Shown here piece after piece: positions 1 to 10,861 of a stretch of 64,000 bases of DNA (its first letter is position 1; every line of letters begins with the position of its first letter). The stretch is from positions 1-64,000 of the forward strand of contig QCDI01000011.1 in NCBI GenBank assembly GCA_003280965.1, in the 5' to 3' direction. The DNA is from Prochlorococcus sp. AG-355-B18. Its GTDB lineage: Bacteria; Cyanobacteriota; Cyanobacteriia; PCC-6307; Cyanobiaceae. The notes beneath the pieces are model-generated. The model was not told the DNA's origin and did not search any database. It worked only from the letters and a program-made list of their open reading frames with translations. The translations under genes were made by a program, and so were the position numbers.

Positions 1-183
1 GATTTTCTTCTTCATCAAGTTCATTCATTAAAGTGATTTGTTCTTGATTTTCTTTTTCATCTAGTTCATTCATTAAAGTGGTTTGTTCTTGATTTTCTTC
101 TTCATCTAGTTCATTCATTAAAGTCATTTGTTCTTGATTTTCTTCTTCATCTAGTTCATTCATTAAAGTGAATTGTTCTTGAT
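1..183. repeat. 45-bp tandem repeat, at least 4 copies, in frame
   Basis: Unit GATTTTCTTCTTCATCTAGTTCATTCATTAAAGTGATTTGTTCTT starts at 1, 46, 91 and 136 with few substitutions. Confidence 0.95.
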
Positions 184-349
184 CTTCATGCTTATATTCC
201 CTTAAATCTGGGACATGGATAAATAAATCATTTAAAGAATCAATCCCAAATCTATGCACCCACTTAAGAACAATATTTTCTTTAAGTAAAATATTATTTT
301 CTGAAGAGGCTTTTTTAAAAACTTCTATTAGATGATTTTTTAAAAGCAT
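1..349 (-). CDS. Hypothetical protein, truncated by the window edge, with acidic 15-aa repeats
   Basis: Manual translation from ATG at 349: MLLKNHLIEVFKKASSENN...HEDQEQFTLMNELDEEEN..., open to position 1. It starts 9 bp after the permease stop. Confidence 0.75.
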   Translation of the reverse strand, partial: MLLKNHLIEVFKKASSENNILLKENIVLKWVHRFGIDSLNDLFIHVPDLREYKHEDQEQFTLMNELDEEENQEQMTLMNELDEEENQEQTTLMNELDEKENQEQITLMNELDEEEN

Positions 350-358
350 AAATTTTTT

Positions 359-1183
359 TTAATTTAACTTTCTATTTAACAGAGGCCTTATGATAATCAA
401 GGAAAAAACTGTTAAAGAAAATAAAATTGATATACAACTCTTACAAGTTAAATCACCATATGGGGCATGTAAAGCCACCAATTCTAAATTCATAGTTTCT
501 GTGTAAGCAGTCCTAATAGGTTCAATCGCAAAAGTTAATGGATTTAATGAAGCTAACCACCCAAGCCAATTTGGCATGAAAGAGATCGGGGCTAAAGCAG
601 TGCTTGCAAAAAGAAGAGGTAAGTTTATTACAAATATAAGAGCAATTAATTCAATATGTCCGGGCAAAACAAAAGCTAAACATAGACTTATTGATGTCAC
701 AAAAAGAACTAATAGAATTAGTGTTGTAAAAACAATTCCTAAACCATATAAGTTGGGCCATCCATATCCCAAAATGTATGAAACAACCATTATTACAATA
801 CTCTGTATAAAGCTCAGGATAGTTATGTAAAAGAAAGAAGATAAAACTATTGATAATCTACTGGTTAAAGGAGCCACGAGTAATCTATTAAGGAATCCAA
901 ACTCTCTATCAAACATTAATGGAAGACCAGAGTTTAGGGCTCCGCTAAAAGCAGTAAAAACAATAAGTCCCGCTCCTAAAAAATTCCCATAAGAATCAAC
1001 TCCTGGTAAAAAACCTTCAGGAGCTTTAGAGAATAATGCCCCAAACAAAAAAAGCCAAATTATGGGTTGTAATATTCCAGCTAAAAGAGTTGATGGCCTT
1101 CTTTTTAATTGAATAAATAATCTCTTTGTTAAGGCAAATGTTTCTTGATATAAAAAAAATAAATTATATTGTTGTAATTCCAT
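359..1183 (-). CDS. ABC-2 type exporter permease
   Basis: Six hydrophobic segments, DREFG and NPLT motifs, adjacent to an ATPase gene. Confidence 0.9.
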   Translation of the reverse strand: MELQQYNLFFLYQETFALTKRLFIQLKRRPSTLLAGILQPIIWLFLFGALFSKAPEGFLPGVDSYGNFLGAGLIVFTAFSGALNSGLPLMFDREFGFLNRLLVAPLTSRLSIVLSSFFYITILSFIQSIVIMVVSYILGYGWPNLYGLGIVFTTLILLVLFVTSISLCLAFVLPGHIELIALIFVINLPLLFASTALAPISFMPNWLGWLASLNPLTFAIEPIRTAYTETMNLELVALHAPYGDLTCKSCISILFSLTVFSLIIIRPLLNRKLN

Positions 1184-1231
1184 AATTAGCAGTAATTAGT
1201 TTTCATTATAGTTAGTTAACCGAAAGTTTTT

Positions 1232-2248
1232 TTATCGCATTGATTGCTTTGATTCTTTTTTTAGGTCTCTTTTCCCTGCCATAGAAATTTCGGCATCTAA
1301 TAATGTTTTCCCGGTTGCCTGAAGATATACATCATCCAAGCTTGGCTGACTTTGGGTAAGAGAAAAAATTTCAAACTTTGAGAAGGCCAATTCCACTTTG
1401 AGCTTCGTTAGTAAATCTTTTTCCTTATCTGCTACAAAATTTATTGAGAAACCTTGAGCTTCATTTATGATAATCTGACTAATCCCATCTATTGAAGATA
1501 AAATTTTACATATATTTTTTGCTTCTTCCTGATTGCTGAATTCTCTTACTTTCAAGGTTACTCTATCTCCCCCTAATTTATTTTTGAGTTCTGAAGGAGC
1601 CCCTTGTGCTATAACTCTTCCATCATCAATTATCACTAATCTATCTGCCAATTTATCTATTTCATCAAGATAGTGACTGCTTAAAATAATAGTCATTCCA
1701 TTATTTCTCAAATCTTTCAAAAGTTGCCATATAATATTTCTACTTTCAATATCTAAACCAACTGTAGGTTCATCCAATATTAATACTTGGGGTAAATGTA
1801 AAAGTCCAGCTGCCAGATCTATTCTTCTTTTCATTCCCCCTGAATAAGTTCCGCACTTACGATCAATCCAATCATTCATTTCTAATTGATCTATTAATTT
1901 CTTTATCCTTTCAAATTTTTTGTTTTTGTTGATGTGATACAAATCTGATTGAAAATCCAAAAGCTCTCGTCCAGTTAATATTTTATCAAGTGCAATGTCC
2001 TGAGCAACATAACCAATTAATTCTCTAATTTTCCTTGAATTTTTTATCAGATTAATATTATTTATAAAAACTTCTCCACTATCTGGCTCTATTAAAGTAG
2101 CGAGTATTTTTATTAGTGTTGATTTGCCAGCACCATTTGGACCTAGTATTCCGAATAATGTTCCAGCTTCAATTTCCATCGATAAATTTTTTAATGCCTT
2201 GATATCTGAATAAGATTTTGAGAGCCCTTTAACTTTTATATAATTCAT
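1232..2248 (-). CDS. ABC transporter ATP-binding protein (DrrA-like)
   Basis: Walker A GPNGAGKS, signature YSGGM, Walker B LILDEP. Confidence 0.92.
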   Translation of the reverse strand: MNYIKVKGLSKSYSDIKALKNLSMEIEAGTLFGILGPNGAGKSTLIKILATLIEPDSGEVFINNINLIKNSRKIRELIGYVAQDIALDKILTGRELLDFQSDLYHINKNKKFERIKKLIDQLEMNDWIDRKCGTYSGGMKRRIDLAAGLLHLPQVLILDEPTVGLDIESRNIIWQLLKDLRNNGMTIILSSHYLDEIDKLADRLVIIDDGRVIAQGAPSELKNKLGGDRVTLKVREFSNQEEAKNICKILSSIDGISQIIINEAQGFSINFVADKEKDLLTKLKVELAFSKFEIFSLTQSQPSLDDVYLQATGKTLLDAEISMAGKRDLKKESKQSMR

Positions 2249-2287
2249 CAAACTTACTATTTACTTAAAAAACATTTTACATCTAAT

Positions 2288-3289
2288 TTAATTACTAAGC
2301 AGGGATAAAATAGATAAAAATATTTGCATTGTTTGCTGCTCAAATTCTACGGAAAGTTGGGTTCTGGAAATTAATAACAAAAGACAAATACCAAACATAT
2401 AGAGGATAGACCACCTAAAAAGAGACTTTGCTCTTGAAAGATCATCAGGAGATTTCTTTAATTCATTTATTAATTGCAAAAGTCTTCCATTAAATGGCAA
2501 TAACATAATTCCATATAAGAGACCCCCTTCAGGCAAAGCAAAAACTCCCATAATACTCATTAAGACTGTTGCCCATCCATAACGAGAAATCGCTTTAGCA
2601 GTAAAAACAGATCCTTTAACAGAGGGGAGCATAGGAATACCAACAGATGCGTAATCATCCTTCAACAAAATTGCAAGTGCCCAAAAATGAGCTGGAGTCC
2701 ATAACATTACTAAACCAAACAGCCACCAACCACTAAGACCTACATGCCCTGTAGCAGCAGATGCTCCAACTAAAGGTGGTATCGCACCAGCAACTCCTCC
2801 AAAAACAATATTTTTTGTTGTACGAGGTTTCAAGATAACTGTATATAAAATTACGTAGCTAAATAAACCTAGAAGAGTTAATCCTGCAGCCAAATAATTT
2901 ACACCACTTACTAAAAGCATCGAAGCTGCCAAAGTACATGATACAGCAGCTAAAAATACAGTCTCAGATGACAACTTTCCTGCTGGCAAAGCTCTTTTGC
3001 TAGTTCTTGTCATCCTCTTATCCAATTCCATTTCCCACAAGCAATTAAGAGCTCCTGCTGCTGCTGCTGCCAAAGCTCCGCCTCCTAAAGTGCAGATAAG
3101 TTTCGGTGAAGACAATGGCCACTCCTCTGTTAAAGCCATTCCTCCCAAAGTTGTTGCCAGTAAAAGTGGGATTAATCTGGGTTTTGCCACTTCAAGCCAA
3201 GGCGGCAAAGTTAATCTTTTTCTTGAAGGTACAACTTCATCCCTAATTGAAGATTTATAGTTTAAGTTTTCTAAGTTACTACTGTTCAT
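2288..3289 (-). CDS. ctaB: Protoheme IX farnesyltransferase (heme O synthase)
   Basis: [18 protein letters not shown] and [10 protein letters not shown] motifs; next to the cox genes. Confidence 0.95.
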   Translation of the reverse strand: MNSSNLENLNYKSSIRDEVVPSRKRLTLPPWLEVAKPRLIPLLLATTLGGMALTEEWPLSSPKLICTLGGGALAAAAAGALNCLWEMELDKRMTRTSKRALPAGKLSSETVFLAAVSCTLAASMLLVSGVNYLAAGLTLLGLFSYVILYTVILKPRTTKNIVFGGVAGAIPPLVGASAATGHVGLSGWWLFGLVMLWTPAHFWALAILLKDDYASVGIPMLPSVKGSVFTAKAISRYGWATVLMSIMGVFALPEGGLLYGIMLLPFNGRLLQLINELKKSPDDLSRAKSLFRWSILYMFGICLLLLISRTQLSVEFEQQTMQIFLSILSLLSN

Positions 3290-4212
3290 GAATTAATACC
3301 AACCATTTGAGAATTTAAGGAGTGGTTTAGACCTTTTTTGGTAAAAGGATTTCTAAAAATTAATGTTGTTAATATCGCAATAAATAAAGAGGCATTAAGT
3401 TGATGGCCGATAATAATAATAGGTTCATTCAAATTTGTTTTAAGACTTAAAACACCTAAAACAATTTGGGAAAACAAGAGAAAGATAAGTGCTGAAAGAT
3501 ATTTCCAATTTTCAGTAAGAAAACTTCTCTTATAGATTGCAGTACAAATAATCAAAAGGATTGAAAAAGTGATTGGAAAAGCAAATAATTTATGAGTATT
3601 TAAAATTAGACATTGTTTATGAAAAGATAAGCAAATATGTGCTGACCAGGTTGATGAAAGCCTTACTCCAATAAAAGATTGAATCAGAGTAAGTAAAAGA
3701 GGAACAAACAATAATAATCTCCACCAAATTAATGGCTCTTCTATTTCGTCATTTTCTAAATTTTGATTTATTGAAATTGTTGTAATGAGAAGGAGAAATG
3801 CTATTAAAAGATGGGCCGTAACAGTATATGAATCAAGCAAGTTTATTACTGTTAATGCTCCAAAAGATCCTTGGACAATAACAAGAAAAAATAGTAATGA
3901 ATAAGTTTTAGGTAACCAATTTGGAACTTCTTTTTTCCATATAATTGAAAGAGCAAATTTAAAAAGAATTAATACTCCAACCAGAAAAGCATCTAGGCGA
4001 TGAAACCATTCTAGAAAAACTCTTAGGTTCATATGACTAAAAGGCAAAAAAGATCCATAACATAATGGCCAATCTGGACAAGCAAGGCCAGCCTCCATGA
4101 CTCTCGTAGCCCCTCCAATTACAATTAGTGCAATAATTGCAAATACACTATGGGTTCCTAATTTTTTAAAAATTGGCAGATATTTTGATTTATATAATTG
4201 GTTATTAATCAA
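3286..4212 (-). CDS. ctaA: Heme A synthase
   Basis: [11 protein letters not shown] and EWFHR motifs. The start is uncertain (TTG at 4212 chosen; the ORF is open to 4260). Confidence 0.9.
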   Translation of the reverse strand: MINNQLYKSKYLPIFKKLGTHSVFAIIALIVIGGATRVMEAGLACPDWPLCYGSFLPFSHMNLRVFLEWFHRLDAFLVGVLILFKFALSIIWKKEVPNWLPKTYSLLFFLVIVQGSFGALTVINLLDSYTVTAHLLIAFLLLITTISINQNLENDEIEEPLIWWRLLLFVPLLLTLIQSFIGVRLSSTWSAHICLSFHKQCLILNTHKLFAFPITFSILLIICTAIYKRSFLTENWKYLSALIFLLFSQIVLGVLSLKTNLNEPIIIIGHQLNASLFIAILTTLIFRNPFTKKGLNHSLNSQMVGINS

Positions 4213-4473
4213 ATGGATAAAACCTATTATTTTGCATAATAATTTAGATTCAAAAACCAAACATTAATTAAAAATTAATATGTTAAATTTAAAAAATAAT
4301 TTATTGATTTAATCTTTTTTCCCTGACAATTAACTCTAAAAAGTTATTAATAATACGTCTTTTATTTTTTAAATCTTAAGAAGTTATGAATTTAAATGCT
4401 TTTCTTTTAACAAAGGATGCAGAATTTAAAAAATTGAATATCTTAAAAATATAACTTCAACTTTTGACTTCAA

Positions 4474-5274
4474 TTGTTAAATAAAAACATTTATTTAATA
4501 CTTATTATTTCACTTGTTTTTACTATATCTTTTTGGATTGGATTCAATGTTAATTTGCTACCTGCTGAAGCAAGTATTAATGCGCCAATTTACGATGAAC
4601 TATTTAAAATTCTTTTCATTATAGGTTTAATTATTTTTATAGGAATGACAATAGCAGTTATTTATAGTTTATTTAAGTTTAGGAAAAGAAATGATCAGAT
4701 AGGCGACGGTATAGCTTTAGAGGGAAATTTAAGCCTAGAAATTGTATGGACAATTATCCCTTCAATAATAGTTTTATTAATAGGTTTATATAGTTACAAC
4801 ATTTACGACAGAATGGGAGGAATGAGAGAACTAAATCATAACCACGAAATGATGAGTTCAAATTCTGAAAAAATATGGGCAGGAATTAGTCAAACTTCTG
4901 ATAATCAAGTATCAAATAATTTATCAATTGAAGTTTCGGCTATGCAATTTGCATTTCTATTCAATTATCCCAAAGGTAATTTTATATCTGGAGAATTACA
5001 TGTTCCTGTAGATCAAAAAGTATCCATGAAAATGGAATCTAAAGATGTCATTCATGCTTTTTGGGTACCTGAGTTCAGAATTAAACAGGACATTATTCCT
5101 GGACAACCAACTGTTCTAAATTTTACTCCGACAAAAGTAGGAAAATATCCAATAATTTGTGCAGAATTGTGTGGCCCATATCATGGGGGAATGAGAGCCT
5201 CGATAATTGTTGAAGAAGAATCTGATTACAACGATTGGTTTAACAAAAATAAAAAAACAGAGGTAAATTTATGA
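4474..5274 (+). CDS. coxB: Cytochrome c oxidase subunit II
   Basis: CuA ligands in DVIH...CAELCGPYHGGM. Confidence 0.97.
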   Translation: MLNKNIYLILIISLVFTISFWIGFNVNLLPAEASINAPIYDELFKILFIIGLIIFIGMTIAVIYSLFKFRKRNDQIGDGIALEGNLSLEIVWTIIPSIIVLLIGLYSYNIYDRMGGMRELNHNHEMMSSNSEKIWAGISQTSDNQVSNNLSIEVSAMQFAFLFNYPKGNFISGELHVPVDQKVSMKMESKDVIHAFWVPEFRIKQDIIPGQPTVLNFTPTKVGKYPIICAELCGPYHGGMRASIIVEEESDYNDWFNKNKKTEVNL

Positions 5275-6896
5275 CAATATCAATTGATCCACAAAAAACC
5301 AATAATGAAAGTCTCCAACCTAAAGGCTGGCTTAGATACTTTAGTTTTAGTCTTGATCATAAAGTAATTGGAATACAATATTTGGTTTGCGGTTTTCTTT
5401 TCTATTTAATAGGAGGAACCTTAGCTAGCGCTATAAGAATTGAACTAGCTAGTCCAATGTCTGACTTTATGCCAAGAGATGTATATAACCAAGTTTTAAC
5501 CTTACATGGAACAATAATGATATTCCTTTGGATAGTGCCTGTAGTTAACGGTGCTTTTGGAAATTATTTAATTCCATTTTATGTGGGTGCAAGAGATATG
5601 GCATTCCCAAGATTAAATGCCGTAGCTTTTTGGTTAATTCCACCATCGGGTTTGATGCTGGTAACGAGCTATTTTGTTGAAGGTGCTGCTCAGGCTGGAT
5701 GGACAGCTTATCCACCATTGAGCATAACTACTCCTCAATCGGGACAAATAATTTGGATTCTAAGCGTTCTATTACTTGGAGGCAGTTCTATCTTTGGTGG
5801 AATTAACTTTATCGCCACCATTATCAAATTAAGAAGGCCAGGATTAAAACTCATGCAATTGCCAATGTATTGTTGGGCAATGCTTGGGACGAGTCTACTA
5901 GTTGTTTTATCAACTCCTGTTTTGGCTGGTACTTTAATTCTACTTAGCTTTGATATCATCGCCAATACAGGGTTTTTCAATCCTGTTTTAGGTGGCAATG
6001 TTGTAGTTTATCAGCATTTATTTTGGTTTTATTCTCATCCAGCTGTTTACATTATGGTGCTACCTGCCTTTGGTTTAGTTAGTGAAATACTTCCTGTACA
6101 TGCTAGAAAACCACTTTTTGGATATACAACGATGGTTTTTTCAATAATGGGAATAGTTGTTTTAGGTTTAGTTGTTTGGGCGCATCATATGTTTACTAGT
6201 GGAACCCCTCCTTGGATGAGATTGTTCTTTACTATCGCTACAGCATTTATTGCTGTTCCAACGGGGATAAAATTTTTTAATTGGGTTGCAACATTATGGG
6301 GGGGGAAAATTTCCATTAACAGTGCGATGTTATTCTCTTGTGGATTTATTATCAATTTTGTTTTTGGAGGAATCACAGGAGTTGCTCTGGCCCAGGTTCC
6401 TTTTGATATTCACGTACATGATACTTATTTCGTTGTAGCCCATTTTCATTACATAGTTTATGGCGGTACTGTTTTTATTATTTTCTCATCGATATATCAT
6501 TGGTTCCCCAAAGTAACTGGGAAAATGCTAGGTGAAAAATTGGGAATTTTTCATTTTATAATTACCTTTATTGGATTTAACTTGTGCTTTGCTCCTCAAC
6601 ATTGGCTAGGTTTAAACGGTATGCCAAGAAGAGTTGCAGAATATGATCCTCAATTTCAGCTAGTTAATCAAATTAGTAGTCTAGGGGCTCTCTTGATGGC
6701 AATAAGTACAATCCCTTTTTTAATTAATGTCTTCCTTAGTGTGAGAAACGGTAAAAATTCTGGAGACAACCCTTGGAATGCTCTTACACCTGAATGGTTA
6801 ACATCTTCTCCTCCTCCAGTTGAAAATTGGGAAGGAGAAGCACCATTAGTTGAAGAACCTTATGGTTATGGTAAACAGTTTTCTGAACAAAAATAA
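5271..6896 (+). CDS. coxA: Cytochrome c oxidase subunit I
   Basis: WFYSHPAVY, WAHHMF and HFHY heme/CuB motifs. Confidence 0.98.
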   Translation: MTISIDPQKTNNESLQPKGWLRYFSFSLDHKVIGIQYLVCGFLFYLIGGTLASAIRIELASPMSDFMPRDVYNQVLTLHGTIMIFLWIVPVVNGAFGNYLIPFYVGARDMAFPRLNAVAFWLIPPSGLMLVTSYFVEGAAQAGWTAYPPLSITTPQSGQIIWILSVLLLGGSSIFGGINFIATIIKLRRPGLKLMQLPMYCWAMLGTSLLVVLSTPVLAGTLILLSFDIIANTGFFNPVLGGNVVVYQHLFWFYSHPAVYIMVLPAFGLVSEILPVHARKPLFGYTTMVFSIMGIVVLGLVVWAHHMFTSGTPPWMRLFFTIATAFIAVPTGIKFFNWVATLWGGKISINSAMLFSCGFIINFVFGGITGVALAQVPFDIHVHDTYFVVAHFHYIVYGGTVFIIFSSIYHWFPKVTGKMLGEKLGIFHFIITFIGFNLCFAPQHWLGLNGMPRRVAEYDPQFQLVNQISSLGALLMAISTIPFLINVFLSVRNGKNSGDNPWNALTPEWLTSSPPPVENWEGEAPLVEEPYGYGKQFSEQK

Positions 6897-6902
6897 GAAT
6901 AT

Positions 6903-7505
6903 ATGACAACTCTCGATAGCTCAAAAGAGATTCAAAAAAATAATTCTGAAGATAATGAGAAACATGAAGACTTCAGAATGTTTGGTCTCATAACATTCTT
7001 AATTGCTGATGGAATGACTTTTGCTGGATTCTTCGCTGCTTATCTAACTTATAAAGCTGTAAATCCACTGCCTGATGGCGCTATCTATGAATTAGAGCTC
7101 CCGATACCTACACTAAATACAATTTTATTACTTGTCAGTAGTGCAACTTTCCATAAGGCAGGTAAAGCACTTTTGAAAGATAAAAACTCTGATTCCCAAA
7201 GGTGGTTATTTTTTACTGCTTTTCTTGGAATAATTTTTTTAATCTGTCAATTATTTGAATATTTTCATTTACCTTTTGGATTAACAGATAATTTATTTGC
7301 AAGTACTTTTTATGCTCTCACTGGCTTTCATGGACTACATGTCACTTTAGGCACTTTAATGATTTTAATTATTGCTTGGCAATCGAGAATAAATGGTGGA
7401 AGACTCACTAGTCAAAATATGTTTCCTTTAGAAGCTGTTGAATTATACTGGCATTTTGTAGATGGAATATGGGTAATTTTATTTATTATTTTGTACCTCT
7501 TATGA
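6903..7505 (+). CDS. coxC: Cytochrome c oxidase subunit III
   Basis: TGFHGLHV and YWHFVD motifs. Confidence 0.97.
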   Translation: MTTLDSSKEIQKNNSEDNEKHEDFRMFGLITFLIADGMTFAGFFAAYLTYKAVNPLPDGAIYELELPIPTLNTILLLVSSATFHKAGKALLKDKNSDSQRWLFFTAFLGIIFLICQLFEYFHLPFGLTDNLFASTFYALTGFHGLHVTLGTLMILIIAWQSRINGGRLTSQNMFPLEAVELYWHFVDGIWVILFIILYLL

Positions 7506-7603
7506 GGAAAATAAATTAAAATTATTAAATATATTTTTTATTAATTTATATTGCCACAGAACTCTTTTTTAGTAAGAATATATAATTAGAAATTTGACAG
7601 ATA

Positions 7604-7957
7604 ATGCTAGAAGGAAAAGAACTTCTTGAAAAAGCAAAATTATTAAGTAAAAAATCTGAAGATGAGATAGCAAAAGGATGTGGTTATGTAGGTCCTAGCG
7701 GTAGAGTCTTAAGAAAAAGTTTTTATAGGGCGCTTATCGAAGCCAAGGGTTACAAAATAGGAAATGGTCGTCAGGGAAAAACTGGTAATAGAGCTTCAAG
7801 AGGCCGGCAAGCAGAATTTAAAACTAAGGTTCACGGTAATGGGAACCTATTAATAGGTCATGCATACACCAAGAAATTAGGTCTAGAACCTGGGAAGGAA
7901 TTTAAAATTGATCTAAAAAAAGAATCAAAGGCAATTTATCTGACTCCATTAAATTAG
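7604..7957 (+). CDS. Cyanobacterial AbrB-family transcriptional regulator
   Basis: C-terminal VHGNGNLLIGHAYT...LGLEPG AbrB-like domain. Confidence 0.88.
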   Translation: MLEGKELLEKAKLLSKKSEDEIAKGCGYVGPSGRVLRKSFYRALIEAKGYKIGNGRQGKTGNRASRGRQAEFKTKVHGNGNLLIGHAYTKKLGLEPGKEFKIDLKKESKAIYLTPLN

Positions 7958-7965
7958 AAAAAATA

Positions 7966-8619
7966 TTACCAGCCGTTTTCTTTAAGCCACTCTGAAGAGA
8001 TAGTATTTTTAGAAAAATCTTCTTTATTATTCCTATTAAACAAAAGTAATTTCTCTACATATTTGATTAGTGCATCTGCCTCAAGATTTACGCTATCACC
8101 AACATTTAATTTATTCAGATTTGTGTTATGCCAAGTATGAGGAATTATTGCAATAGTAAATATTTCTCCTTTCTTCTCATATTTTGCAATTGTAAGACTG
8201 ATACCATTTACACAAATACTGCCTTTTTTAACTACATATTTTGAAAAATTAATATTTTTCCACTTGATTGATAAAAGCCAAGATTTCTCTAATTTTTCTA
8301 TATTTTCAACCTTCCCAAGGCCATCAATATGTCCGCTCACAATATGTCCACCAAGACGATCAGATATACGAAGAGCAGGCTCCAAATTGACAATCTGATT
8401 AAGATTAGACTTTAATCCTATAGTTGTTTTTTTTAATGTTTCCTCACTAACATCAACCGTAAATTTATTTTGAAAAATTTCTTTTACTGTTAAACAAATT
8501 CCATCAACAGCTATGCTGTCTCCGATTGCCATATCAAAAAAATTGTCTATAACTTCAATTTCTAATATATTTTTTTTCTGTTTTAGTTTTCCAATTGATT
8601 GGATTATTCCTGTAAACAT
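7966..8619 (-). CDS. ribE: Riboflavin synthase alpha chain
   Basis: N-terminal MFTGII; GICLTV and GGHIVSGHID motifs. Confidence 0.96.
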   Translation of the reverse strand: MFTGIIQSIGKLKQKKNILEIEVIDNFFDMAIGDSIAVDGICLTVKEIFQNKFTVDVSEETLKKTTIGLKSNLNQIVNLEPALRISDRLGGHIVSGHIDGLGKVENIEKLEKSWLLSIKWKNINFSKYVVKKGSICVNGISLTIAKYEKKGEIFTIAIIPHTWHNTNLNKLNVGDSVNLEADALIKYVEKLLLFNRNNKEDFSKNTISSEWLKENGW

Positions 8620-8731
8620 AGATTTAAGAAAAATATTTTTACAAAATTTTGTATTTACTTTAATTTACTTTAAATCATTTTCAATTATAAATAAATTAAA
8701 GAGTATATAAAAAGAAATTGATCATTTTTAG

Positions 8732-9874
8732 ATGATTATTAATTCACAAAAAAGATCATTTGGTAAAGGGGCAAAAGTGAGCTTATTCACATTAGGGACA
8801 ATGCGATCAACTGAAAGTCTCGAAAAAATGTGTAGCGTAATAAAAAATGCATATTACGTAGGAATTAACCATATCGAAACAGCATCTTCTTATGGTGATG
8901 CCGAATCACTTATTGGAAATTCAATAAAAAAACTAGCAAAAGAAGAAAATATAAATGAAAAAAATTGGGTGATTACCACCAAAGTTTTACCAAAAGGTGA
9001 TTTTGAATTTTTAAAAAATAATTTTAAAAATTCTCTTAAAAATTTAAATCGCGAGAAAATTAATAATCTTGCAATTCACGGAGTTAACTTAAAACAACAT
9101 CTTGATTGGGTACTAGCTGGGGAGGGGAAGAAATTCATATCATGGATACTTGAGAAAGAACTAGTTGATCAAGTTGGATTTAGTTCACATGGAAGTTATT
9201 CTCTTATCAAAGAAGCAATTAACAGTGAAGTTTTTAGTTTTTGTAGTCTTCACTTACATTATTTAGATCAATCTAAAATTACTTTGGCAGAGCAGGCTAT
9301 AAAAAAAGGTATGGGAGTTTTAGCAATATCGCCCGCGGATAAAGGCGGAAGATTATATTCTCCAAGTGATATTTTGTTGGAGGCCTCTAAGCCTTTTCAT
9401 CCATTAGAGTTGGCATATAGATTTTTGTTAGCGAAAGGAATTACAACTTTGTCCTTAGGAGCCACAAACAAAAAAGATTTTGAGTTTGCCAATAAACTTA
9501 GAAACTCTTGCGAGAGACTTTCAACTCCTGAAAAAAACGCCCTTAATAAAATTGAGGAGCTAGCTAATAAAAGATTAGACTCAACTAAATGTGAGCAATG
9601 CAGAAGTTGTCTACCATGCCCAAATCAAATACCTATTCCAGAAATACTTCGTTTGAGGAACATATCTATTGGTTATGGCCAATTAGAATTTTCAAAAGAA
9701 AGATACAACTTAATAGGCAAAGCTGGACACTGGTGGGAAGAAAAAAATTCCTCTTTTTGTGAAGAGTGTAATGAATGTATTCCTAAATGTCCTAGTAAAT
9801 TAGATATACCAAATTTATTAAAGGAAACTCATAACTTATTAATTGAAAATCCTACAAAAAGATTATGGGGATAA
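8732..9874 (+). CDS. Aldo/keto reductase with C-terminal 4Fe-4S dicluster domain
   Basis: LGTMR, ETASSYG, CEQCRSCLPCP and CEECNECIPKCP. Confidence 0.88.
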   Translation: MIINSQKRSFGKGAKVSLFTLGTMRSTESLEKMCSVIKNAYYVGINHIETASSYGDAESLIGNSIKKLAKEENINEKNWVITTKVLPKGDFEFLKNNFKNSLKNLNREKINNLAIHGVNLKQHLDWVLAGEGKKFISWILEKELVDQVGFSSHGSYSLIKEAINSEVFSFCSLHLHYLDQSKITLAEQAIKKGMGVLAISPADKGGRLYSPSDILLEASKPFHPLELAYRFLLAKGITTLSLGATNKKDFEFANKLRNSCERLSTPEKNALNKIEELANKRLDSTKCEQCRSCLPCPNQIPIPEILRLRNISIGYGQLEFSKERYNLIGKAGHWWEEKNSSFCEECNECIPKCPSKLDIPNLLKETHNLLIENPTKRLWG

Positions 9875-10861
9875 GGACTCATTCCAGATATTTTTAAGAT
9901 TAATTTTTTGTTCATTTGTTAAGACAGGTAAAGACCAACTATTTTCCCAACATTTCTTAGAAGGTCCTAAGATGGGGAGCATTTCAGTTTTATATTTACT
10001 TTGCAAATAATCACTATTGAATGGAAGATACCAACCCTGGCTTACTAATTTATCTACTATTGATTTATTTTCTAAAGATTTAATCCATTTCATTAATATT
10101 GCATTATTTAGATTTGATCGACTAAGTAGAAAATGCCACATCAAAGGAACGCCTTGGCTAGGGAAAACTAAAGAAAGCCTTGGATCTATTTTTAAATATT
10201 TTGAACAAAGACTATAAGGAACTATTGCGACAATAGCATCAGAATTAATCAACCAATTGAGCATATTTTTATCATCAAATAACATAGCTTGGCTTTTGAG
10301 TTTTTTTAAAGAATTAGATGAATTAATTTTTTGAGCAATTGACAATATTATTCTGGGACTTTGAGGAAAAATAATTTTCCCAGTTAATTTTTCAGAAAGA
10401 AGAAAATCCCAAGATGTTCTTGCTGAAGTTATTAAGTCTTTATTATTTTTAATGATGATTGTATAGGGTACTACGCCAATAGGAAATAATTTACTTCTTT
10501 GATTTTCATTAAAACTTCCCAAAAAATCTATCGATCTCTTATCCAAATTTTCGAACAGTGCATATTCATTTATTTTTTCAAATTCTGAAAAATCTATACT
10601 AGAAATCCATCCATCATTTATTAAAGTAAAATCAGAATTCAAAATTGTGCTTCTATTTTTTTGTAGCTGAATATTTTCAAAATTAATTTTTTCCTGCTTC
10701 CAATCTTTTGGAATCGTATCTTTAAAAGATTCTGGATAAAAAGAATTTTGTAATGCAATTTTTACTTTATTAGGTAGATTACTGCAAGAGTTTAAGAAAA
10801 ATAAAAGCGAAAGCTTACCACAATTTAAAAATTCTCTTCTGGTTGCAAATTTAGAAAACAT
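9863..10861 (-). CDS. Putative solute-binding lipoprotein (PotD-like)
   Basis: TRREFL twin-Arg signal, LNSC lipobox, SWDFLL and FPSQGVPLMW resembling PotD-type proteins. Confidence 0.6.
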   Translation of the reverse strand: MFSKFATRREFLNCGKLSLLFFLNSCSNLPNKVKIALQNSFYPESFKDTIPKDWKQEKINFENIQLQKNRSTILNSDFTLINDGWISSIDFSEFEKINEYALFENLDKRSIDFLGSFNENQRSKLFPIGVVPYTIIIKNNKDLITSARTSWDFLLSEKLTGKIIFPQSPRIILSIAQKINSSNSLKKLKSQAMLFDDKNMLNWLINSDAIVAIVPYSLCSKYLKIDPRLSLVFPSQGVPLMWHFLLSRSNLNNAILMKWIKSLENKSIVDKLVSQGWYLPFNSDYLQSKYKTEMLPILGPSKKCWENSWSLPVLTNEQKINLKNIWNESLSP

